A stretch of 64,000 bases of DNA from an uncultured Alphaproteobacteria bacterium (GTDB taxonomy: Bacteria > Pseudomonadota > Alphaproteobacteria > Rhizobiales > Xanthobacteraceae). A program made the position numbers and the translations under genes. The DNA is taken from NCBI GenBank assembly GCA_963811915.1, contig CAWETC010000033.1:3632-67631 (forward strand). The letters are read 5' to 3'. Under the pieces are notes generated by a model. It was not told where the DNA came from. It did no database searches and saw nothing but the letters and a program-made list of their open reading frames with translations. Below, one piece after another: positions 29,408 to 37,902 of this stretch (its first letter is position 1; each line of letters begins with the position of its first letter).

Positions 29408-30982
29408 TCATTCCAGGCCGGCGCGACGGAAACCTTCCAGGTAGCGCTCTCGATCCGCGTCCTGCTTCATCGGTACCTGGTTCGCGATCCAGGCAAGCGA
29501 AATATTGGGCTGCACGCGGCGAAGCTCCTGCAGCGCGGCCATTGCGACCTCGATTTGACCGTCCATGCCGGCGGCAGCGGTGAGGACACGGTGGGCACCG
29601 GCGTAGTCGTCGCGCAAGCGGATGGCGATGCGCGCCAGCCGTATCGCCTCATCGTAATTTTGCCCGACGAACTGGGCCAGCGAGGCCGAGCCGTAAAAAA
29701 GTGCCGAGAACGGATCGCGCGGGCTTAGCCGCAGCGCGCGGCGGACGGCCTCGTCGCCTTCTTGCCATCGCCCGCAAAAGGTCAGTGCGGTAGCGTAATA
29801 GTTCTGGGCTTGAAGGAAATTGGGATTGAGACGTAATGCCAACTTGAACTCGGCCAGGGAACTCTCGAAGCGTCGCGTGATCAGATAGACGCCACCAAGC
29901 GCATGATGCGCCCATGGGTCTTCACTGTCGGCAACGACTGCGGCCAGTGCAGCGCGTTCGGCGATCTGCACCGCCTTCGTCAAATCCGTCCAGCCCATAT
30001 GAGCACCGAAAGTATTGCTGTCGGCAAGCAGACTGAGCGCCTGGCAGTAGTTCGGATCGATGGCGGTGGCTTTTTCCAATAACGCCTGTGCGACGGTGTT
30101 GTCCTGCCGCGTCACCCGCCAGTAGTGCGACAGCGCTCGCATCACCAGGTCCCAGGCGTCAAGGCTGCCGGGCGGTTTGCGTTGGGCGCGAAAATTTTCC
30201 GCTGCATAGAGTTGCGGCTCAATCGCCGCGACGATCAATTCGGTGATATCGTCCTGCACGACGAAAACATCGGCAAGATCGCGGTCGTAGCGCTCCGCCC
30301 AGATATGGCTGCCGGTCGAGACATCGTTAAGCTGCGCCGTGATGCGGACGCGCTCGCCGCTCTTGCGCACGCTGCCCTCGAGCACGTAGCCGACGCCGAG
30401 TTCCTCGGCAATTTGCTTCATGTGCACGGCCTTGCCCTTGTAGGTAAAGGACGAATTGCGCGCGATCACGAAGAACCAGCGCAGCTTGGACAGTGCGGTA
30501 ATGATGTCCTCGGTGATTCCGTCGGAAAAATATTCCTGCTCCCGATCGCCGCTCATGTTGGTGAAAGGCAGCACGGCAATCGCCGGCCGGTCCGGCTGCA
30601 GCAGGCCCTGCTGCGACGATCCGACATGATCTGAAGCTCCCGCGGCAGTGTCCTCGGCGCCGGCGCTTGTCAACTGCGTCTCTACCGAGCCAACGAATCG
30701 AAAGCCTTTGCGAGGGACCGTCCTGATCAGCTTTTGGCCAGAGCCGCTGTCACCGATCGCCTTGCGCGCGGCGTTGATGCGGCTTGTCAGCGTCGATTCC
30801 GAGACAATCCGGCCACTCCAGATTTTATCGAGAAGGTCGTCCTTGCTGACCACACGATCACAATTCTCGAGCAGGTATACCAGGAGGTCAAAAACCTGCG
30901 GCTCGACCGGCACCCCCCGCCGGTCACGACTAAGTTCGCGTCGATCTATATCGAGTACATTATTTGAAAAGATAAATCGCAC
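29408..30982 (-). CDS. winged-helix (OmpR/CadC-type) DNA-binding regulator with central alpha/beta domain and C-terminal TPR repeats, paralog 1
   Basis: VPVEPQVFDLLVYLLENCDRVVSKDDLLDKIWSGRIVSESTLTSRINAARKAIGD..LIRTVPRKGFRF; ILPFTNMSGDREQEYFSDGITEDIITALSKLRWFFVIARNSSF; a TPR-like C-terminus. Confidence 0.8.
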   Translation of the reverse strand: MRFIFSNNVLDIDRRELSRDRRGVPVEPQVFDLLVYLLENCDRVVSKDDLLDKIWSGRIVSESTLTSRINAARKAIGDSGSGQKLIRTVPRKGFRFVGSVETQLTSAGAEDTAAGASDHVGSSQQGLLQPDRPAIAVLPFTNMSGDREQEYFSDGITEDIITALSKLRWFFVIARNSSFTYKGKAVHMKQIAEELGVGYVLEGSVRKSGERVRITAQLNDVSTGSHIWAERYDRDLADVFVVQDDITELIVAAIEPQLYAAENFRAQRKPPGSLDAWDLVMRALSHYWRVTRQDNTVAQALLEKATAIDPNYCQALSLLADSNTFGAHMGWTDLTKAVQIAERAALAAVVADSEDPWAHHALGGVYLITRRFESSLAEFKLALRLNPNFLQAQNYYATALTFCGRWQEGDEAVRRALRLSPRDPFSALFYGSASLAQFVGQNYDEAIRLARIAIRLRDDYAGAHRVLTAAAGMDGQIEVAMAALQELRRVQPNISLAWIANQVPMKQDADRERYLEGFRRAGLE

Positions 30983-31240
30983 GTCAAACTCTGGAGCTGG
31001 CGAAATAAAAAAGCTGAGCTAAAGCCAAAATCAGGTCGGCATCGGATATTTTAAATCAGCCGACAGGCATATTCGGTTCATCGCAACCGCCCAAGCGAGG
31101 CTGCACTTCGAAGCGGGAAAACAACGCCACAATGAACAACGCAAGCGGTGCCATGACAATACGATCATAAGGTGGCGACGGCAGTCCGAACTCGCATCTT
31201 GCGGTAGCGGACCTCAATGATTTCAATGGTCCGGTCCGGT

Positions 31241-31290
31241 CCGGACTACGGACCTGCGGGGCAGCAGTTCGAATCTTTTCCGGTGCGCGA
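31241..31290 (+). other. relic of the tRNA-Arg 3' half (att-like repeat)
   Basis: ccggactacggacctgcggggcagcagttcgaatcttttccggtgcgcga versus tRNA nt 28-77 ccagactacgaatctgggggtcaggagttcgaatctcttcgggcgcgcca: 40/50 identical without gaps. No complementary 5' acceptor strand upstream. Confidence 0.6.
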
Positions 31291-31337
31291 TCAACTTATT
31301 GAAATGAAATCTGTATTTCAGCTTTTAAATCTTGGCT

Positions 31338-32921
31338 CTAGCTCAATCCCGCGCGGCGCAGCCCTTCCAGATAGTGCTCCTTGTCAACCTCGCGGCCCAT
31401 CGGCATCTCGGTTGCGATCCAGGCCAGCGATATATTCGGCTGGGCCCGGCGGAGCTCTTGCAGGGCAATGGAGCTTGCTCCTGTCTGCCCGGCCATTCCC
31501 GTGGCGGCCGTCAGCACCCGGTGGGCGCCGACGAAATCGCAGCGCTGCCGGAGGGCTTCGCGGGAAAAACGTATCGCCTCGTCGTAGTTGCGCCCGACGA
31601 ACTGAGCATAGGCGGCGATGCCGCAATAGATCGCTGAAAACGGATCGCGCGGGCTCAATCGCAGCGCACGCTGAGCGGCGAGGTAGGCTTGTTCCCAGTG
31701 CCCGCAATACGACAGCGCCAATCCGTAGTAACCCCGCGCCAGGGAAAAACTCGGATTTAGCTGCAGTGCCAATTCAAATTCGGCCAGCGAATCGTCAAAG
31801 CGCCGCGTGAACAGATAAACGCAGCCCAATGCGTTATGCGCCCAGGGGTCCTCGCTGTCAGCCAATATCGCGGCCAGCGCCGCACGCTCGGCAATCGGGG
31901 TCGTCGTCGCCATTTCCGCCCAACCCATATGGGCGCCAAAGGTCTGGCTGGTGGCGAGAACGCCGAGCGCCTGGCCGTAATTCGGGTCGATCGCGATCGC
32001 TTTCTCAAGCAAGGCCTGCGCAACGACATTGTCCTGCCGTGTCACGCGCCAGTAATACGACAATGCCCGCATCACCAGATCCCAGGCATCCATGCTATCC
32101 GGCGGTTTGCGCCGCGCGCGAAAGCTTTCCGCGGCATAGAGCTGCGGCTCGATCGCGGCAACGATGGACTCGGTTATATCGTCTTGTACGGCAAACACAT
32201 CCGTGAGGTTGCGGTCGTAGTGCTCGGCCCAGATGTGGCTGCCGGTCCTGACGTCGTTGAGCTGCGCCGTAATACGCACGTGCTCACCGCTCCTGCGCAC
32301 GCTGCCCTCGACCACATAGCAGACGCCAAGCTCCTCGGCGACCTGCTTCAGGTGGACGGCATTGCCCTTGTAGACAAAAGAAGAGTTGCGCGCGATCACC
32401 ATGAACCAGCGCAACTTGGAAAGCGCGGTAATGATGTCCTCGCTGATGCCGTCGGAGAAGTATTCCTGCTCCGGATCGTCGCTCATGTTGGTGAAGGGGA
32501 GCACCGCGATGGCCGGCCGTTCGCCCAGCGGCAATGAGATTGGCTGGGGCTGGACTCCATCAGGCGGATCGCGGAGCCGCACCGTTTCAACGCCGGTTGA
32601 ATCCTCTCGCACGATTCCGACGAAGCGAAGGCCCTTGCGCGCAACGGTGCGGATCAGCTTCTGGTCCTTGCCGTTGTCACCGATCGCCGTTCGCGTGGCG
32701 TTAATACGGCTGGTCAGTGTTGATTCCGATACGATGCGCCCCTTCCACACCGAAGCAATGAGATCATCCTTGCTGACGACGCGGTCGCGATTCTGCACAA
32801 GATAGACCAATAGGTCGAATACCTGCGGTTCGACGGCGACGGCCTGCAAGCCGCGGCGCAGCTCACGCCGGTCGATATCGAGCGTGTGGTCAGCAAAGAG
32901 GAATTGCACGTCGTGCCTCAA
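31338..32921 (-). CDS. winged-helix / TPR regulator, paralog 2
   Basis: Colinear with 29408-30982 over its full length. By eye, roughly 85% nt identity in the central domain (compare 30361-30600 with 32281-32520). Confidence 0.8.
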   Translation of the reverse strand: MRHDVQFLFADHTLDIDRRELRRGLQAVAVEPQVFDLLVYLVQNRDRVVSKDDLIASVWKGRIVSESTLTSRINATRTAIGDNGKDQKLIRTVARKGLRFVGIVREDSTGVETVRLRDPPDGVQPQPISLPLGERPAIAVLPFTNMSDDPEQEYFSDGISEDIITALSKLRWFMVIARNSSFVYKGNAVHLKQVAEELGVCYVVEGSVRRSGEHVRITAQLNDVRTGSHIWAEHYDRNLTDVFAVQDDITESIVAAIEPQLYAAESFRARRKPPDSMDAWDLVMRALSYYWRVTRQDNVVAQALLEKAIAIDPNYGQALGVLATSQTFGAHMGWAEMATTTPIAERAALAAILADSEDPWAHNALGCVYLFTRRFDDSLAEFELALQLNPSFSLARGYYGLALSYCGHWEQAYLAAQRALRLSPRDPFSAIYCGIAAYAQFVGRNYDEAIRFSREALRQRCDFVGAHRVLTAATGMAGQTGASSIALQELRRAQPNISLAWIATEMPMGREVDKEHYLEGLRRAGLS

Positions 32922-33046
32922 ATCCGTGCTGCCAGCCCCAAGGAATAATCAAGGCTGTCTCAAGCCCAAGTCAAGCGCAGGACAAAGTCATTTGGTCGCG
33001 GCTCCGGCATCATCTGCCACCCGATGCACTCAAACAGGAGCGGAAC

Positions 33047-33904
33047 ATGGCCACCACAACATATGCCGCAGCCAAGCCCATGGCGCCGGATACCGGCACG
33101 ATCAGCCCCCTCGCGGAACTCAAGACCAGGCAACATGCCGCCTGGTCGTCAGGAGACTATGCCATCGTCGGTACGACATTGCAGATTGTCGGCGAAGAGC
33201 TGTGCGAAGCGCTCGACATAAGGCCAGGACAGAAGGTCTTGGATGTCGCCGCCGGAAATGGAAATGCTACCTTGGCCGCGGCGCGTCGCTGGTGCGATGT
33301 CGTGTCGACGGACTACGTGCCGAGCCTTCTTGAACGCGGACAACTTCGTGCGAAGGCCGAAGGTCTGCCGGTTGAGTTCAAGGTGGCGGATGCAGAGGCT
33401 TTGCCCTTTGCTGATGCCACTTTCGACATCGTGGTATCGACCTTCGGCGTCATGTTCACGCCTGACCAGGATAAAGCCGCCACCGAACTGCTGCGGGTTT
33501 GCAAGAGCGGCGGCAAGATAGGCCTGGCCAACTGGACGCCGGAAGGCTTCATCGGTCAGCTCTTCAAGACGCTGGGCAAGTACCTGCCGCCGCCAGCGGG
33601 CGCGAAGTCACCCGCGCTGTGGGGAACGCCGTCGCGCATCACCGAGATGTTTGGAGCAACTGCCGCATCGATCAAGGCCGAGCGTCGCCATTTCACGTTC
33701 CGCTATCGCTCGCCCGAGCATTTCCTGGAGGTATTCAGGAATTATTACGGCCCGATGCTGAAGGCCTTCGCGGCGCTCGACGAAACGAACCGGCAGGGGC
33801 TCCGCCACGATCTGCTGACTTTGATCGGCCGCATGAATGCCGCGGCCGACGGCACAATGATCGTTCCAGGCGAATATCTGGAAATCGTCATCACCAAACG
33901 CTGA
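33047..33904 (+). CDS. class I SAM-dependent methyltransferase
   Basis: GQKVLDVAAGNGNATLAAA (motif I), VVSTDYVPSLL, DIVVSTFGVMF. Confidence 0.85.
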   Translation: MATTTYAAAKPMAPDTGTISPLAELKTRQHAAWSSGDYAIVGTTLQIVGEELCEALDIRPGQKVLDVAAGNGNATLAAARRWCDVVSTDYVPSLLERGQLRAKAEGLPVEFKVADAEALPFADATFDIVVSTFGVMFTPDQDKAATELLRVCKSGGKIGLANWTPEGFIGQLFKTLGKYLPPPAGAKSPALWGTPSRITEMFGATAASIKAERRHFTFRYRSPEHFLEVFRNYYGPMLKAFAALDETNRQGLRHDLLTLIGRMNAAADGTMIVPGEYLEIVITKR

Positions 33905-34016
33905 ACGCATTCATCTCGCCAAAGCGAACGACGCGGATGGTTGATCGCCGGGTGGCTGGTCAGCCATCCGGCTGTCGCCTCTGACGAGGCGATCGACGCT
34001 AAAGATTGAAAACATC

Positions 34017-34871
34017 ATGATCGAAGACATGCGCGGAAATATCGACTACGACGAGAGCGGCCAGGGGCCAACCGTCGTGCTTGTGGCGGGATCCTGCAGC
34101 ACCGGCGCAGCATGGCGGCCGATCATCTCCCGGTGGCGGAGCCGCTTCCGATGCGTGACCACGAGTCTGCTTGGCTACGGCGGGACAGCCGAGCGCCGTA
34201 CGCTTGTCGATAGCGATATCAGCCATGAAGCCGAAATTCTCGAGTTGGTCATTCGGCGCGCGGCTTGTCCGGTGCATCTCGTCGGCCACTCATTCGGCGG
34301 CCTCGGTGCGCTTGCCGTCGCGCTCCGGAACAAGGTGCCGTTGCTGAGTCTGGCGATCCTTGAGGCTCCCGCGCCGGAAATACTGCGGCAGTTGGGAGAG
34401 TACTCGCAGTATCGGTCTTTTCGCGAAATGACCGACATCTATTTCAGCATGTTTCAGGCGGGGGACCGCAACGCGATCCAGCAGATGGTTGATTTCTACG
34501 GCGGCGCGGGCACGTTTGCCGGTTGGCCGCAGCGCGTTCGCGACTACGCCATTGAGACCACGGCGGCAAACATTCTGGATTGGGCAAGCGCGTACGGCTT
34601 CCAGCTAACGCGGTCTTTGCTCGCAAAAATCGACATCCCCATCCTTGTGCTGTGGGGCGGGAACAGCCATCCGGCCGTTCAGCGAACGAACCAGCTGCTG
34701 GCTCAATGTACCAAAGCCTCGGCCATCACCATCGACGGAGCAGCCCATTTCATGATTTCGACTCACGCGGAAGAGGTGGCGCGAACGCTGGCGCGACATG
34801 TGTCCGCAGCAACAAGGCCGCACCTGCAATCAGCAGCATGCGGCTGCCACTTCGCGGATCTGCATGGATGA
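34017..34871 (+). CDS. alpha/beta-fold hydrolase
   Basis: PTVVLVAGS, nucleophile elbow LVGHSFGG, C-terminal GAAHFM (His). Confidence 0.8.
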   Translation: MIEDMRGNIDYDESGQGPTVVLVAGSCSTGAAWRPIISRWRSRFRCVTTSLLGYGGTAERRTLVDSDISHEAEILELVIRRAACPVHLVGHSFGGLGALAVALRNKVPLLSLAILEAPAPEILRQLGEYSQYRSFREMTDIYFSMFQAGDRNAIQQMVDFYGGAGTFAGWPQRVRDYAIETTAANILDWASAYGFQLTRSLLAKIDIPILVLWGGNSHPAVQRTNQLLAQCTKASAITIDGAAHFMISTHAEEVARTLARHVSAATRPHLQSAACGCHFADLHG

Positions 34872-35002
34872 CGCTCCACCGTCCACCAAGGCGCGTTCGT
34901 CTCAAGAACATCTCAAGAGCATTTGGATAATAAATCGCAAATCCCTCAAAGTCTTGGTCCGCCGCAATCGCTAGGGATAGGCAAGCAATTAAACCCAATT
35001 TA

Positions 35003-35287
35003 TTGAAGGATCCTGACATGACGATGTTGAGCAATATCCCCCGCTACCCGCTGGCCACGGCACGAAACCGGAGCAGCGTTGGCGGCTTTCTGGTGCTGCT
35101 GGGCCGTCTCGTTGATCGCCTGGTTGCCGCGGCGATTGTGCGTCACCAGCGTCAGGCGGAGCGCGCTGCGCTGCACCGGTTCAGCGACCGCGAACTGAAG
35201 GACATCGGCATCTGCCGCGGTGAGATCGACTACGCTCTGGACGAGGCTGCGAAAACACGCGCGCGGCTGCAGCCACTCGGTCGATGA
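35003..35287 (+). CDS. DUF1127 domain small protein
   Basis: C-terminal LHRFSDRELKDIGICRGEIDYAL, the characteristic DUF1127 motif. The start may be an internal Met. Confidence 0.75.
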   Translation: MKDPDMTMLSNIPRYPLATARNRSSVGGFLVLLGRLVDRLVAAAIVRHQRQAERAALHRFSDRELKDIGICRGEIDYALDEAAKTRARLQPLGR

Positions 35288-36054
35288 CCGCGCTGACCTG
35301 AGATTAGTTCAAGCCCGCCCGGCGGAAGGCCTCCAGATAATGCTCGCGGTCGGAGTCCAGCTTCCATGGCAACTGGCTGGCGATCCAGGCGAGCGAGATA
35401 TTCGGTTGCGTGCGGCGAAGTTCTTTCAGTGCAGCCGCCGATGGCAATCGCCTTTTCGAGCGGTGCCTGCGCCACCATATTATCCTGCCGGGTTACTCGC
35501 CAGAAATGCGACATCGCCCGCATCACCAGATCCCACGCATCCAGGCTATTCGGCGGCTTGCGCCTGGCGTGGAAATTTTCCGCGACATAGATCTTTGGCT
35601 CGATCGTGGCGACGATGGCATCGGTGATTTCGTCCTGAACCGCAAAAACGTCAGTGATATCTCTGTCATAGTGGTCCGCCCAGATGTGGCTTCCCGTCGT
35701 CGCGTCGTTGAGCTGTGCCGTGATGCGCACGAGGTCGCCGTCCTTCCTCACGCTGCCCTCGACGACATAGCGCACGCCCAGTTCCTCGGCGATCTGCTTC
35801 AAGTGAACGGCCTTGTCCTTGTAGATGAAGGAAGAGTTGCGTGCGATCACGAAGAACCAGCGCAGCTTGGACAGAGCGATGATGATGTCCTCGCTGATGC
35901 CGATGAGATCATCCTTGCTGACGACGCGATCCCGGTTCTGCAGCAGATAGACCAACAGGTCGAACACTTGCGGCTTCACGGCAATCGCCGCCCCGCGGCG
36001 GAACAATTCGTGGCGCTCGGTATCGAGCGTGTGATCACCGAATATGAACTGCAC
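35230..36054 (-). pseudogene. winged-helix / TPR regulator, paralog 3, with two internal deletions
   Basis: The N-terminus PQVFDLLVYLLQNRDRVVSKDDLI joins directly to GISEDIIIALSKLRWFFVIARNSSF, so ~100 aa are missing. After LEKAIAI the TPR region is missing and the homologous tail (..PNISLAWIASQLP..EHYLEAFRRAGLN, stop at 35304) is out of frame. Confidence 0.75.
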
Positions 36055-36237
36055 GTTTGCTCCGACCCGCGGGTCTCAAACAACGACGTCTCAAGGAATG
36101 CTGTCTCAAGGAATAATCAAGTTCATCTCAGGGATAAATCAAGCGTCGGGCAAAGTCTCGCCGCCGCGTTCCGGGCATCCTTTGGGCGTCGCGATCCCTT
36201 TTGCCGCGATCCCCTTATTGTCCGAACGGAGACGATT

Positions 36238-37020
36238 ATGACCGAGACTCAAGCCATTAGCCCAGGCGTATCGGGAAATCGAATATTCAGATTCGCCGCA
36301 TTTCTTTACGGGCTTGTCGCCTATTTGGTGTTTTTCGCCGTATTTCTCTATGCCGTCGGCTTCACGACAGGTCTCGTGGTGCCAAAGACGATCGACGACG
36401 GTCCGGCCTCGTCGATCCCTGGAGTGCTCACCATCAATCTGTCGCTCATGACCCTGTTCGCCGTGCAGCACAGTGTGATGGCGCGCAAGCAATTCAAGCA
36501 ATGGTGGACGCAATATGTGCCCAAGCCGATCGAGCGCAGCACCTATGTGCTGTTTGCGAGCCTGATGCTCATCCTGCTGTTCTGGCAGTGGCGTCCGATG
36601 CCTGAAATTGTTTGGCACGTCGAGGAGCCGGAAATGGCGGCGACGATCACAGCTCTGTCATTCGTGGGCTGGCTGATCGCGTTGAGCAGCTCTTTCCTGA
36701 TCAACCATTTCGAGCTGTTTGGATTGCACCAGGTCGCCAACAATTTATCCGGCATCGAAACGCCGACGCCGCGTTTCCGGACGCCGCTGTGGTACAAATT
36801 CGTCCGACATCCGCTCTATCTGGGCTTTGTCATCGCGTTTTGGGCGGCGCCCACGATGAGCGCAGGACATTTGCTGTTCGCCGCAGTGACCACGGCCTAC
36901 ATCTTTGTCGGCATTTTTCTGGAAGAACGCGATCTGGTCGAGACATTCGGAGACGAATACCGCCGCTACAAGGAGCGCGTGTCGATGTTGTTGCCCTGGC
37001 GTTACCTGACAAAGCGATGA
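36238..37020 (+). CDS. membrane methyltransferase of the isoprenylcysteine carboxyl methyltransferase superfamily, MddA-like (methanethiol S-methyltransferase family)
   Basis: 260 aa, about 5 TM. LFAVQHSVMARKQFKQWW, INHFELFGLHQV, FRTPLWYKFVRHPLYLGFVIAFWAAPTMSAGHLLFA, LEERDLVETFGDEYRRYKERVSMLLP. Confidence 0.7.
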   Translation: MTETQAISPGVSGNRIFRFAAFLYGLVAYLVFFAVFLYAVGFTTGLVVPKTIDDGPASSIPGVLTINLSLMTLFAVQHSVMARKQFKQWWTQYVPKPIERSTYVLFASLMLILLFWQWRPMPEIVWHVEEPEMAATITALSFVGWLIALSSSFLINHFELFGLHQVANNLSGIETPTPRFRTPLWYKFVRHPLYLGFVIAFWAAPTMSAGHLLFAAVTTAYIFVGIFLEERDLVETFGDEYRRYKERVSMLLPWRYLTKR

Positions 37021-37154
37021 AACCGTCGTAATCAATGCTTTCGGCTGCCGAAATGGCGGATGTGAATCACGCCAACCAGGTTCGACGCCGTTGCCGCCGG
37101 ACCTGTTCAGAATTAGCTTGGTGGCCGATGCCGACAATCCTGAAAGGGCAAAAC

Positions 37155-37577
37155 ATGTCTTACCTGGGAAATTGCTTCTGCGGCGCCGTCAAACTGGAGG
37201 TCACGGGATCACCGGAGGCCATGGGCTACTGTCATTGCAGTTCCTGCCGTTCCTGGTCCGGAGGGCCCGTGAACGCCTTCAGCCTCTGGAGGCCGGAGGC
37301 GGTGCGGATCACGGCGGGAGCCGAGCATATCGCGACATTTCAGAAGACGGAGTTGAGCCAGCGCAAATATTGCGCGAAATGCGGCGGCCACCTGATGACC
37401 AGTCATCCGCCGATCGGCCTCGTCGATGTCTTCGCGTCGACCATTCCGACGCTTGAGTTCACGCCGGGCGTTCACGTCAATTATGCCGAAACCGTGCTGC
37501 CGATGCGGGATGGTCTGCCGAAGTTGAAGGACTTTCCGGCCGAGCTCGGCGGTTCCGGCCAGATGGTCCCTGAGTAG
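37155..37577 (+). CDS. GFA (glutathione-dependent formaldehyde-activating / CENP-V) family protein
   Basis: GNCFCGAVKLEV, YCHCSSCRSWSG, KYCAKCGGHL zinc-binding Cys pattern. Confidence 0.85.
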   Translation: MSYLGNCFCGAVKLEVTGSPEAMGYCHCSSCRSWSGGPVNAFSLWRPEAVRITAGAEHIATFQKTELSQRKYCAKCGGHLMTSHPPIGLVDVFASTIPTLEFTPGVHVNYAETVLPMRDGLPKLKDFPAELGGSGQMVPE

Positions 37578-37902
37578 TCGCTTGTCGGCCGCGACCTCGA
37601 TGTCGCGCGAGAACAGTCACCGGCCGCTACGCCGGCGGCGTTCTCCGATCGGCATGCAACTATCGGGAATGTCGATAATAATGCAATAATTTCAATTATA
37701 TGGCGGTCCAATTTTTGTTCTGGATTGGCGCGCCTTTGCAGCCTCCCTGGAGCGGCTCCCGCAAGATCCCGCCGATCTTGCCTGCGGGCCATGGCGTTTC
37801 GGCCTGTCTTGGCCTAAAGCATCCGTCAAATCCGCCATCCACGCCATTGTGCATCTGCCGGGCATGCAAGCTTCAACCATCGGGGTTCGAGGCCCTGTTT
37901 TG

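Larger units (their letters stand above)
14115..31290. mobile_element. decayed integrative island at tRNA-Arg, bounded by a tRNA 3'-half relic
   Basis: An integrase fragment sits 15 nt from the tRNA 3' end. A 50-nt stretch matching the tRNA 3' half at 40/50 lies at 31241-31290. A truncated serine recombinase and a low-GC orphan gene lie inside. Confidence 0.5.

Noticed and set aside
31190-31290. Possible functional tRNA gene
   Set aside because: Only the 3' half is tRNA-like. The 3' acceptor strand cggtgcg has no complementary strand upstream and no D arm is present. I treat it as a relic.
37578-37902. Long leader upstream of the DEAD-box helicase with an AT-rich patch (tcgataataatgcaataatttcaattatatgg), possibly a cold-shock-type 5' UTR
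   Set aside because: It is plausible by analogy, but I could not identify a specific conserved structure.
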